Origin: Rhizaria sp. SCN 62-66 | Taxonomy: Eukaryota | Assembly (NCBI GenBank): GCA_001724265.1 | Contig: MEDY01000130.1 | Location: 48,400 to 68,399, forward strand | Direction of reading: 5' to 3' | Length of the DNA stretch: 20,000 nt | Part shown: one piece after another, positions 9,512 to 18,676 of the stretch | Layout: each line of letters begins with the position of its first letter | Position numbering within the stretch: position 1 is the stretch's first letter | Notes under the pieces: model-generated | Told to the model about the DNA's origin: nothing | Databases searched by the model: none | The model's input: only the letters and a program-made list of their open reading frames with translations | Program-made: the position numbers and the translations under genes

Positions 9512-9915
9512 TTAGACGACCTTGGCCTTTAGCTCGCCCATTTCGACGAGCTCCTCGAGAGTGGCGTAGTCGCCGATGTACACGCCGTCGACGAACAACT
9601 GCGGCAAGGAGCGCTTGTTCTCAGCGCCGGACTTCTCGGCCAGAAGCTACACGGGTGAGGCAAGATGAAGAGAAAGAGGGGAGTGAGCAGGAGAGGAAGG
9701 GAGAGGCACGCGCGATGGCGTCACTGAAAGGTCCGAGTAAAGGAGAGCAGATGAGGACCACGTACCTGGCGAGCAGCCTCGTCAACGGCGCAGTCAACCT
9801 CGGTGTAGGGCGCCTTAAAGGACAGCAACCAGGTCTTGACCTGGGTGGTGTTCTTGTTGACGAAGACGTTGCCGGCAACGGAGGAGGTGTACAGAACAAC
9901 CTTCTTTCCAGACAT
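9512..9915 (-). CDS. SH3BGR-family glutaredoxin-like protein, 2 exons (9915-9766, 9646-9512), 94 aa
   Basis: Spliced product MSGKKVVLYTSSVAGNVFVNKNTTQVKTWLLSFKAPYTEVDCAVDEAARQ/LLAEKSGAENKRSLPQLFVDGVYIGDYATLEELVEMGELKAKVV*. It carries the glutaredoxin-fold LPQLFVDG.YIGDY motif and the SH3BGR-type YxSSVxG with no CxxC. Confidence 0.9.
9647..9765 (-). other. Spliceosomal GT-AG intron (119 nt, phase 0)
   Basis: Donor CAG|GTACGT, pyrimidine-rich body, end CCTCACCCGTGTAG|CTT. Removal joins two halves of a glutaredoxin fold in frame. Confidence 0.9.
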
Positions 9916-10342
9916 CTGACTGTTGAGGGGTGACGCAGAGGGAGATCAAGGAGTGGTGAAGATCAGTTTTAGATAATTAGACAACAACTCAATTTGTCCG
10001 TGTTGCACAATGTTGCAGAGCAAAATGACGATCAGTTATGTCAGGTTCACGAGTGATTCATAAACTCGACGCCTCCTCTGCCACTCGGCCATTGACGTGA
10101 GCCGACCCAGTGAGAAACGACCACATGGAATTTCTGAGTTCAACAGATGTAATCGTATTTTCAAGACCTGTAATTAACGAGTTAGGACAAATGCAGTCTG
10201 TCTTATTCGGGATTAACACTTATTTTTCTTGTAACGGTTGTATGTCGCCGCATATCAATAGGTTTTGAGGCGTTCATCTTAGAGCTGCTTCCCAACCCCA
10301 CACTCGCTCTCACCCGCCCGTCTCCGGGCTTCTGGGCTTCCC
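9916..10342. promoter_or_regulatory. Probable bidirectional promoter region (427 bp)
   Basis: Head-to-head starts of the SH3BGR-like gene and the 1584-aa gene. AT-richer, contains TGACGT (10093) and TCACGAGTGA (10047). Confidence 0.5.
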
Positions 10343-13300
10343 ATGTCGCTCTATCGCCCGATGCTGGGCACTACCGACACCCCGATTGCACCCGTGGAGC
10401 CTGCTCCCCCGCGCCGGTCCCCACATGCACCTGCGTCGACGCACAAACGCAATGCACCGCATAGCTCGCACCATCACGGCGGCCGCGGTTCAGGCTCAGC
10501 GCAGCACGCGCAGCCGCTGCAACAGCTGGCCGCGCCTGACGTTGCCAGCGCACCAGACAGCAACCCGGACGCATTAGACGACGCCAATGTTGGCGCTGAG
10601 GAAGATGCCAGCTCTGAGGCAGATGCAATCGCAAAGGTTCAGGTTGAAACTGAAGCGGACGGTGGTGATTCGAACGAGAACGCTATTGTCACAGCTATTG
10701 ACGATCTCATGGATGACGGTGGTGCTTATGAACACGACGCTACTACGTTGACATCTGCCGATGCTGGCCCTGCGCCTCAGCGCCCAGCCCCGCAGCACCC
10801 CGCGCCGCGCGCTCAGTCACCAAGCAATCAGCCACCGCGTTCTCAGTCGCCGCGCACACAGTCGTCTCGCTCTCAGTTGCCGCGCCAATCACTCACACGC
10901 ACACATGCACTGCCGCGCAGCGACGCCCCCGCGCTCTCCCCCGCGCACTCCCCCGCGCACTCCCCCGCGCACTCCCCCGCGCACTCCCCCGCGCACTCGC
11001 GCGCACACTCACCAGCACCGGTGCCCACCGAAACATCACTGGCGACATCACTCGCGACAGCCGCACCAACATCTTCAACGACGCTGTTAACACAAGCGCC
11101 GGCGTCTCCGTTGCGAACGCAGTCTATGTCGCAGACACGCGCCGCCGCAGCCGCCGCGACTGCCTCCGCTTCGGCCGTCACGTCCCCGCTGCGCGCGCGC
11201 TTTGAGGGCGCGCTTGGCCCGGCCGCAGTCGCAGCTGCTGCCGTGCCTATGTCCACCGCCAACTCTAGCAGCTCTAGCGGCTCTGGCTTGGCTTCTGGCG
11301 CAGCCGCGGGCGATAGCGCGTTTGTGGCGTCTGCGTCGGCCGCGGCACGTGCGCGCGCGCGTGCGTACGGGCGCGGCCACGTGCCGGCACTGCAGCGCGC
11401 CGCAGCGTCAGCAGCGACGTCTGCCTACGGCGCACCGGCGTTGCTCAGCAGTGCGCTGCTCAGCAACACGCAAATCAGCAGCACACTCCTCGGCAACACT
11501 CCGAGTACCGGGGCGAAAAGCAATGGTAATAAGACAGCGCAACAGAGTGGGTATGCGCGTTCATTTGCGTACGCGCATCAGCACGCGCGCCCCGAGCCCA
11601 CGGCGTCAGTCTCCGGAACTGACAACATCGACGGCAGTGCGGTTGCGAATGCGAGTGCCGTGCCAGAACCGGTGCAAGTGGCGACACCGGCGCCGGTGCT
11701 AGTTTCGCTGTCGCAGCGGCACATGGCGCAGCTATACTCGCGCCACGCAGCGTCGCTCGCTGACGAACTATCGATGGCTGCGACGGCGACGGCGCACAAC
11801 AACAGTCTCAGCAATACTGGCGCAAGCGCTTCATTCCCACTCACGGTCACCGCCGCAGGTGCGCTGTCGCAGAGCGCCGTTGCCGGCTCCGACGGGGCTT
11901 CTCTCACTGCAGGCGCCGTGAATCACGACACTGCTGACACGGTTGCCCACGCGAGTGATGCGCCTGTAACTGGGGAGGACGTCGTGACACTGCGCGCAAG
12001 CATTGTGGCTCGCAGCGGTGCCGCTACATGCGCACACTGCCGCGCACCGCTTGCGGACTGCTGCTGCGGTCACCCCACTGCCAGCCTGCGCTTTCGTACG
12101 CGTGCACGCTCATCAGCGCCGTTGCGCCCACAGTTGCCGCTGCGCTCACAGTCACCCGCGCGCTCCCGGTCGCCGTCGCGGTCACAGTCTAACACGCATT
12201 CACTCTCGCATCCACTCTCGCGGTCGCAAACACCGTCACCATCGCTGTCGCCTCGCCGTGCGGCTGACCCCAGCACACATGCGGACACAGAGACTGAGCT
12301 CTACGCCGACGCTGCGGCCGCGCTGCCGCTGGCGCTGGCGGCTCCGCGCGGCCTGTCTCCGCCGCGCGCTGCGCTCGTGCAGCCGTTTGGGATGTCACTG
12401 GGCCGTGTCACCGCGAACGTGCTCGCCGCAACCGCGCCCGCGGGCCCCGCGTCGGTGCCACCCATCGCGACGCACAAGCTCGGACTGCGTCCCGACAACG
12501 CAGCACAGAAGACCACTGATTCTGAGACTACGACAGTAGCCGATGCGCCAAGTGCTGTGAGAGTGGTTGCGACGGGCGCACCTAGTTCCCGCCGCATACT
12601 GTCGACTGTCTCTGGCGTTCAAGCGCCCTCATCGAACTCTTTCCTCGAGAACCACGCATCTCACCACGCCGAGAGCGCGCACGCCCGTGCTGCCGTCACA
12701 GCGAAACGCGTCATTGAGACTGAGCCTGACATCGGCGCGAGCGCTGGTGTGGGGCTCGGCGTGGGCCCCCTGGGCCGGCCGCTGCAGTCGCGGCGGCGCG
12801 CGTGGCGGCGCGAGGCCATGGCGCCCCCCACCGCGGCGCTGGTTGTGCGACCGCCGCTGGGCCGCTCGCGGGCCGAGACCGACGCCGCCAACGCCGCCGC
12901 CGCTGCTGCTGTTGCTGCGAGTGTGGCCGCGAGAACCGGCGCCCTGCGCGTGGCGCGACTGGCGCGGCCCGCGGACAAGGCGGGCGCGAATGCGGCGACA
13001 TTTAACGCGAACTGCGCGCCAAGCGCTGCCGGGCTTGCGGTCAGTGCTGGTGCGCACCCGGCCGCGGCGGGTAAACGTGACGGCTTGAAGTCGCCAGGTT
13101 CTGGCTACTTCCTCCAGGGCATCTTGAAGCCGTCAGAAGAATTACACAGTCAAGATCAAGAGCAGGAGCAAGTGCGCACTGACTCGGTGGCTGATGCAGA
13201 GGTCGAGACTGCGGTAGCTGAGGTTGGCGCTGCTGTTGGCGCTGAGGCTCAGACCGAGGTTGCCACTGATGCAGATGCTGGCTTGAATCCGACCGCTGCT

Positions 13301-15097
13301 GCTGACGCCGACGCTGATACAGAGGCTGCAGCGAGAGAAAACGCTGGCGATGAGAAGGCGACTGCTGCCGACTCAGAGGTTGTTACTAATGATGCCGCAG
13401 CGACTACTAGTCCAAAATCTGGTTATAACACAACTGAATCTGCCACCGCGACTGTTGAGACAGAGCCCACGCCCCGGTCGCGCGCGGCGAATTCGACCGT
13501 GAACAAAGGGCTGGCGCGCGGCTTCGCGTGTCGCCCCAACGGTTCAAAGCCCGATCTCACTGCGGGGGCCACGCTGACTGCGACCGACAGAGAGAGCGCT
13601 GGCGCTGCGGCCCCACTGCGCGCGCTGACCACGAGCTGGACATCCACCGCCGCCGCAGTCCGCAAGGCGTCTGACGCAAACGCAAGCGCCGCGTCAACAG
13701 CAACGACGCCTGTTGCGCTCGGCGACCGCGTCAACACAGCGTATCTGTTCTCTGGCGCCGTGAACGGCGGTGACGACGAGACTGGCGCTCAGGGCCACGC
13801 TGGTCCGAGAGGCGGACTCGCGGCGTCGTATTCACGCTCACTGCTCTCACTCTCGCACTCGCGCGACGGGCTCGAAGCGAGTCACGGCGACAGTCACGCT
13901 GACGGCTTTCACGATGAGATCGGCGCTATTGATGCAGGTTACTTCTTACAAAACGGCGATCTCTCGTCTTCACGCGGCATTCTCAATTCCGGTCGCACTG
14001 GCCCCACCTCCGCCTTTGCATTAAGCGCACAGTGGCGCATGCAGCATCGCCTGCGCCGCGCACTGGAGCTCGGCGCAAGCGGCAATGGCGGCGATGAACA
14101 CACTGCCAGCGACCGCGCGCAGTCGCGCGGCCAGAACCAGCCGCGGCTGATTCACGAGCGCGCACCTCTGTTCCCGCGCGCTGATCCCGCTGGCCCGACC
14201 GTGCGCGTGCCCACTGCGCGCGCCGACGCTGAAGCCGCTGAGGCCGGGCGCCGCGCTGTTGATGTAGCGCAGCTGGGCTGGGGCGTGGCGTCGTTGCCGG
14301 GCCTTGTTCTCCGCCGTGCGCGCACCGCCACCACCACCGCGAACGCTGGCTTGACACGCGCATGCGATGACGAGGCAGTGGGGTTTGGGGCTGCGGCCAC
14401 GGACGCGCACACGGCGCGACTCACTGGCGTCGCTAACACAACGGTTTTGCCAGCTACGGGACCCGTGACCGCGCGTCCTGCCACCGTGCCTGCCCTTGCC
14501 TGCACCAATTCCACGGGGTTTGGCAATGCCGCTGCGCTGGTGAGCGTGGAGGCTGGAACGCACACGACGGCGCGACTCGCGACCACGGCCACGGCGGCGT
14601 CGGCGGCGTTTGCAGCCGCGGGGCCCGGCGCGGCGCGCGTGCTCGCGGCTGCAACGGCGGCGCGAAGTGGACGAGAGCTTCCCGCCTCGGCGCGCCACGC
14701 GTTATCGACAACCACCAGCACTGTCCAGACCAATGACCATACTGCGCAGCGCACCGCAGTCAGCCAACGCGCGGCTGCGGCTGCGGCGGCCGCGGCGACA
14801 TCGAGCGGGATCTGGGTTGCGCCACTGGACGCCGCAAACGCGCGCCGTAACCGCTACCTCTCCGCAATGGCTCCGCCAGCAGCGTCAGCATATGGCTCGA
14901 CTAGCGGCGCGACTGCGGTGATGTTGCCGCAGGTTTTGGGGCCGCGGGCTCGACTCCCGGCGCAACACATGCTGCCTGTTGCGGGCGCGCACTTGGTGGC
15001 GCGGCCGGGAGAGTTCTCTGCTGCGTTCCGCGACAAGGCGAGCCGGGACCGCGCGCGGCGCGCAGAAGCTGCTGCTTTCGATTCGTCACTGCTGTGA
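10343..15097 (+). CDS. Large Ala/Ser/Thr-rich, probably disordered protein of unknown function (1584 aa)
   Basis: Uninterrupted 4.75-kb ORF bounded by AT-rich spacers. ATG context gcttcccATGtcg. No recognisable family apart from a small Cys cluster. Confidence 0.75.
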   Translation: MSLYRPMLGTTDTPIAPVEPAPPRRSPHAPASTHKRNAPHSSHHHGGRGSGSAQHAQPLQQLAAPDVASAPDSNPDALDDANVGAEEDASSEADAIAKVQVETEADGGDSNENAIVTAIDDLMDDGGAYEHDATTLTSADAGPAPQRPAPQHPAPRAQSPSNQPPRSQSPRTQSSRSQLPRQSLTRTHALPRSDAPALSPAHSPAHSPAHSPAHSPAHSRAHSPAPVPTETSLATSLATAAPTSSTTLLTQAPASPLRTQSMSQTRAAAAAATASASAVTSPLRARFEGALGPAAVAAAAVPMSTANSSSSSGSGLASGAAAGDSAFVASASAAARARARAYGRGHVPALQRAAASAATSAYGAPALLSSALLSNTQISSTLLGNTPSTGAKSNGNKTAQQSGYARSFAYAHQHARPEPTASVSGTDNIDGSAVANASAVPEPVQVATPAPVLVSLSQRHMAQLYSRHAASLADELSMAATATAHNNSLSNTGASASFPLTVTAAGALSQSAVAGSDGASLTAGAVNHDTADTVAHASDAPVTGEDVVTLRASIVARSGAATCAHCRAPLADCCCGHPTASLRFRTRARSSAPLRPQLPLRSQSPARSRSPSRSQSNTHSLSHPLSRSQTPSPSLSPRRAADPSTHADTETELYADAAAALPLALAAPRGLSPPRAALVQPFGMSLGRVTANVLAATAPAGPASVPPIATHKLGLRPDNAAQKTTDSETTTVADAPSAVRVVATGAPSSRRILSTVSGVQAPSSNSFLENHASHHAESAHARAAVTAKRVIETEPDIGASAGVGLGVGPLGRPLQSRRRAWRREAMAPPTAALVVRPPLGRSRAETDAANAAAAAAVAASVAARTGALRVARLARPADKAGANAATFNANCAPSAAGLAVSAGAHPAAAGKRDGLKSPGSGYFLQGILKPSEELHSQDQEQEQVRTDSVADAEVETAVAEVGAAVGAEAQTEVATDADAGLNPTAAADADADTEAAARENAGDEKATAADSEVVTNDAAATTSPKSGYNTTESATATVETEPTPRSRAANSTVNKGLARGFACRPNGSKPDLTAGATLTATDRESAGAAAPLRALTTSWTSTAAAVRKASDANASAASTATTPVALGDRVNTAYLFSGAVNGGDDETGAQGHAGPRGGLAASYSRSLLSLSHSRDGLEASHGDSHADGFHDEIGAIDAGYFLQNGDLSSSRGILNSGRTGPTSAFALSAQWRMQHRLRRALELGASGNGGDEHTASDRAQSRGQNQPRLIHERAPLFPRADPAGPTVRVPTARADAEAAEAGRRAVDVAQLGWGVASLPGLVLRRARTATTTANAGLTRACDDEAVGFGAAATDAHTARLTGVANTTVLPATGPVTARPATVPALACTNSTGFGNAAALVSVEAGTHTTARLATTATAASAAFAAAGPGAARVLAAATAARSGRELPASARHALSTTTSTVQTNDHTAQRTAVSQRAAAAAAAAATSSGIWVAPLDAANARRNRYLSAMAPPAASAYGSTSGATAVMLPQVLGPRARLPAQHMLPVAGAHLVARPGEFSAAFRDKASRDRARRAEAAAFDSSLL
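10937..10996 (+). repeat. Coding minisatellite (TCCCCCGCGCAC)x5 encoding (SPAH)5
   Basis: Five identical 12-bp units followed by degenerate SRAH and SPAP units. Confidence 0.95.
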
Positions 15098-15278
15098 TTA
15101 ATAACAGTTCGATACTCCTAAAAAAATATTTGATTACAGTTACATTAGAAAACGAGTTACATAATTGTGATAATTAAATAATATTGGATTTATTCATGAT
15201 AATATTAAGAGGCTACTTAGAATACACAGTTTTTCATTTCATTTGGGATAATTGTCGGTGTTAAGCAAACGCACGATT

Positions 15279-18200
15279 TTAGACGCGCTTGAACTCAGAG
15301 GGCACGAGTCCGCGGCCACGCATGTACTGATGCAGTGCCTGGCGCTTTGCAGCCACAAGCTCTAACCTGCGCTCGATCTCTTCGGGCTCCAGCAACTCAG
15401 CACTGCCGACGTCCGCACTGGCACTGTCGCTACTCACAGTACCCGTGGAACCCGTGGGCTTCGACGCGGACTTCTTCGCGGTTTGCGACTTCAGCGTCTG
15501 AGTCTGGGACTGCGACGGGGGTTGCGAGCGCAAGCGACCGGTGCTGTTGTTGCTGCTCGCAACGCTGTTATTAGCAGATGTTGCGGCCGCAGTCGCAGTC
15601 GCCGAGGGGCTTCCGCTCGTGTGTGCACTGCTGCTGCTACTGGCGCTCAGCGGTGTCGGGCTGGGGCCGTTGCGCGGCGACTGCGGCAGCGACTGCGGCA
15701 GCAACTGCAGCTGCGCTTGTGACAGCGACAACGACTGCGTGCTCGCAGAGTTCGAGCTGCCCGACGCCGCCGCCGCTGCCGCCGCCGAACGACTGGGGGC
15801 GAGCACACGCCCGGGCCCTGTTGTCGTTGTCGGTGTCGCGGCACCAACGCCGGCGAGTCCTTCGCGCAGCGGCGGCGCGGTAGGCATATGGATCACAAAC
15901 AGCGCGCGCGTCGCGTCCTCGCTCTCCTGCGCACCGCCGCCGCCGCTGCTGCGGGCCGAGCGCGTAGCGCCGGTGGACGAGTGACTGCGCCCGGCGGCCA
16001 GCGCGCCGCCCCTGTCACCCCCGGCGCCGTTGCCTGCGCTAGCGTCCTCGGCCGGCACAGGGAAAGTCGCGGTGTAGGCGTCGACGGCGGCTGCCACGTC
16101 TTCGAATCGGTCGACCTCGCCGTCGGGCCCGTGCGCAGGGGCGGCTTTGCCCTTGTTGGGGCTTTTCGTAGCAGACTGTTTGCTCTTGCCCCTGGCCGTG
16201 CTGCTGAAGGACGCGGTAGACCTATACGCAGCGCCGTTGCCGTTGCTGTTTGCAATGCGAGAGCGCGCCGCGACGTCGTCGTCCTCGGAGTCGGTCTCGA
16301 ACCCGTCAAACGGCTTGTCGCTCGCGTCCCCAACGCAGCTGTCACCGTTGCCAGAGCCGTTGCCGTCCGCGCCGTGCTCGCAAGCAGCCGCAGCCCCGTG
16401 GCCGTCAGCGCAGTCCGCGTCGCTAGAGTGGCCGTGCTGCTGCTGCGCCTCGGCGGCGTCGCGCTTGATGCGCGCGATCAGCGCGGGCGACGGCGCGTGC
16501 CGCGAGAACTTGGGCAGAAACGGCAGCGCCGCGGGGCCCGGAGCGCCGCGCATGGCGTGCGCGCGGCGGATGTGCGCGGTTGTGTAGCAGTGGCCGTAGC
16601 CACCCAGCGCCGCGGGCAGCACCGCGGGCACGGCACCGCTACCGCTGCCGCTGCCGCCACCGCTGCCACTGCCGGCGCCGGTGCTGTGAGAGCCGGTGCC
16701 GGCGCGGGCTGCGCGGGCGCTGTTGACGTTGGCGCCGCTGCCAGTGCTGGCGAGCTGCGCGGAGAGAATGAGCTCAGTGAGCGAGCCAGGCGCAGGCGCG
16801 GGGCTGGGGCCAGCGCCACTCTTCTGTCCACGGGCACTGTGGCCGCCACCGTTGCCGTTGCCGTTGTCCTTGCCGTTGGTGCCAGCGTTACCATCGGCGT
16901 CATCGTTGCTGCTGTTGCTCTCACCGTTAGCGGTGGCGCTGCATTCAGGGTTCTCGCTTTCGTCACCGTTGGCTTTCCCGTTCTTGCCGTTGTTCTTGTT
17001 CTTATTTTTGCTCTTGCTCTTTGCGGCCGCAGCAGCCGCCGCGTTGGCGGCGGAAACAGTGACTGCAATCGTCGCGGCAGGCGCAATGCCGCCGCACTCT
17101 GCAGCGTACCAGTATGCCATCGGGCCGGATACACCGTAGCCGAGATCGCGCGAGAGAGGCGGCAGCGGCACACGGGCACGCGCGCCTGCCCCTGCGCCAC
17201 CACTGCCGCTACCGGTTCCACCGCTAGACTTGCGAGCGCTGCTCTCAGCACTGTTGTCGTCGTTGCTGTCTTGGCCCGCACCGTCATCGTTATCAGCGCC
17301 ATCGTCCTCGTCGCCGTCGCCTGCCTCCGCAGCCTCCGCGGTCGCCGCCGCCGCTGCGTAGAGCCGCCCGGCCTCACGGCGCGCACGGCGCGCGCGCAGG
17401 TGTTCAGCGTGGCCGCGGTGCACTGGCAGAAAGGGCGGCAGCGCGGCCGTCGCGGCGGCGTCGTTGCCCAGCACGCCGTCGTCGTCACCGTCGCCTTCGC
17501 CGTTGCCGCAGTCGCTGGCGTCAGAAGTGCAAGCGGCGCCGGGCTTGCCGGCGGTTTTGCTCTTGTTCTGACCGTGGGTGTGCTTGTGAGAGCGGGAAAC
17601 AAAGGGCGCGTGGCTGCGCTCAAGCTGGATCATCTCCGCAGGGCCGTACAGCGGAGGCACGGCCAGAGTCGAGGGCAGGTTACCGTCGCGCAGCAGCTTA
17701 TACGCAAACCGCTTGTGCGACAAGTGCGCGCTTGCAACGCCGGCGCGGCCGTCCCAGTCGGCCTCCCTGCGCGCGAGCGCGGTCGAGCCGGCAAGCGCGG
17801 GCGAGAACGCGGGGTCACGCGCGGAGAGGTAGTGGCGCGCGACCCACTGCGCAAGCGCGCGCCGTTCAGGATCAGCCAGAAGAACGGTGTCGCGGTGCAC
17901 GGTGGCGGGCGTGGGGGCGAAGAAGCGGCGGCGCGACGCGTGCGCGGTCGCATTCGCGCGGGAAATGTCAGTCGCGCCGTTGTCCCAGTCGGGCGGCAGC
18001 GCGAGCTCGGCGTCGGTGAACTCGTAGACCTCCTGCGGTCCACGGCGGCCGTCGTTGTCGTCGTCATCGTACTGAGAGATGGCGGGGTCGGCGGCACCGC
18101 TGCCGGGGGCGGAGGCGATGGCTGTAATGCGGTAGGAAATGCCCGCGGAAGACGTCGTCGGTGCGGCGTAGCTGGGCGTCGCCTGCGGCTGGCGCGGGCG

Positions 18201-18389
18201 CGGGCGCGGGGACGCTCCGGCGGCTGAGGACGATGAAGAAGAGGATGGGTGAGGTGCAGGACGAGGCGACGCGGGGGCCGGCTGCGGCTGAGGAAGCGGC
18301 TGCTGCTGCTGTGAGCGGCTGGAAACGGGCGGCAGCGAAACCACACGGCTCGGGCCGCAGCTCGATGCCGCAGCGGCAGAGGATGACAT
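15279..18389 (-). CDS. Large low-complexity protein of unknown function (about 1036 aa)
   Basis: 3.1-kb ORF between AT-rich spacers. First ATG at 18389 (ctcccaATGtca). Complex islands (VYEFTDAELALPPDWD.., HKRFAYKLLRDGNLP, C-terminal EEIERRLELVAAKRQALHQYMRGRGLVP) lie among Gly/Ser/Asp/Ala tracts. Confidence 0.75.
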   Translation of the reverse strand: MSSSAAAASSCGPSRVVSLPPVSSRSQQQQPLPQPQPAPASPRPAPHPSSSSSSSAAGASPRPRPRQPQATPSYAAPTTSSAGISYRITAIASAPGSGAADPAISQYDDDDNDGRRGPQEVYEFTDAELALPPDWDNGATDISRANATAHASRRRFFAPTPATVHRDTVLLADPERRALAQWVARHYLSARDPAFSPALAGSTALARREADWDGRAGVASAHLSHKRFAYKLLRDGNLPSTLAVPPLYGPAEMIQLERSHAPFVSRSHKHTHGQNKSKTAGKPGAACTSDASDCGNGEGDGDDDGVLGNDAAATAALPPFLPVHRGHAEHLRARRARREAGRLYAAAAATAEAAEAGDGDEDDGADNDDGAGQDSNDDNSAESSARKSSGGTGSGSGGAGAGARARVPLPPLSRDLGYGVSGPMAYWYAAECGGIAPAATIAVTVSAANAAAAAAAKSKSKNKNKNNGKNGKANGDESENPECSATANGESNSSNDDADGNAGTNGKDNGNGNGGGHSARGQKSGAGPSPAPAPGSLTELILSAQLASTGSGANVNSARAARAGTGSHSTGAGSGSGGGSGSGSGAVPAVLPAALGGYGHCYTTAHIRRAHAMRGAPGPAALPFLPKFSRHAPSPALIARIKRDAAEAQQQHGHSSDADCADGHGAAAACEHGADGNGSGNGDSCVGDASDKPFDGFETDSEDDDVAARSRIANSNGNGAAYRSTASFSSTARGKSKQSATKSPNKGKAAPAHGPDGEVDRFEDVAAAVDAYTATFPVPAEDASAGNGAGGDRGGALAAGRSHSSTGATRSARSSGGGGAQESEDATRALFVIHMPTAPPLREGLAGVGAATPTTTTGPGRVLAPSRSAAAAAAASGSSNSASTQSLSLSQAQLQLLPQSLPQSPRNGPSPTPLSASSSSSAHTSGSPSATATAAATSANNSVASSNNSTGRLRSQPPSQSQTQTLKSQTAKKSASKPTGSTGTVSSDSASADVGSAELLEPEEIERRLELVAAKRQALHQYMRGRGLVPSEFKRV

Positions 18390-18676
18390 TGGGAGCCGCA
18401 GGGAAGGCAACCAGAAAAGTGTATAGAGAAACGGAAACGGCCTACGTCAAAGAGCCTGTGATTGTGAGAGCTAGACTTATTTCTTCGGATTGTTATGAGG
18501 AATTGAAAAACAAAAAACACATTTGTTGTGAAAAGTTTGTCAGTAGTGCGTTTGACAATCAATTGAATATGCACAACGTTGATTTACAGTCGCCTCGACG
18601 CTGACAGAGTGAGCTTCAGGTGTGATGAGCACTGCACGATTTGTTCGTGTTCATAAAAGCATACAGATCCGTCATT
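18390..18676. promoter_or_regulatory. Probable bidirectional promoter region (287 bp)
   Basis: Head-to-head starts of the 1036-aa gene and the CX9C gene. Contains ACGTCA (18444) and GCACGATT (18634). Confidence 0.5.

Noticed and set aside
9274..9933. 219-aa plus-strand ORF
   Set aside because: GTG start, antisense to the well-supported spliced SH3BGR-like gene, and no recognisable motifs.
15888..18227. 779-aa plus-strand ORF and the many other overlapping or antisense ORFs (e.g. 5391-6602, 6606-7850, 16478-17623)
   Set aside because: Shadow ORFs of GC-rich genes where stops are scarce; their translations show no domain motifs.
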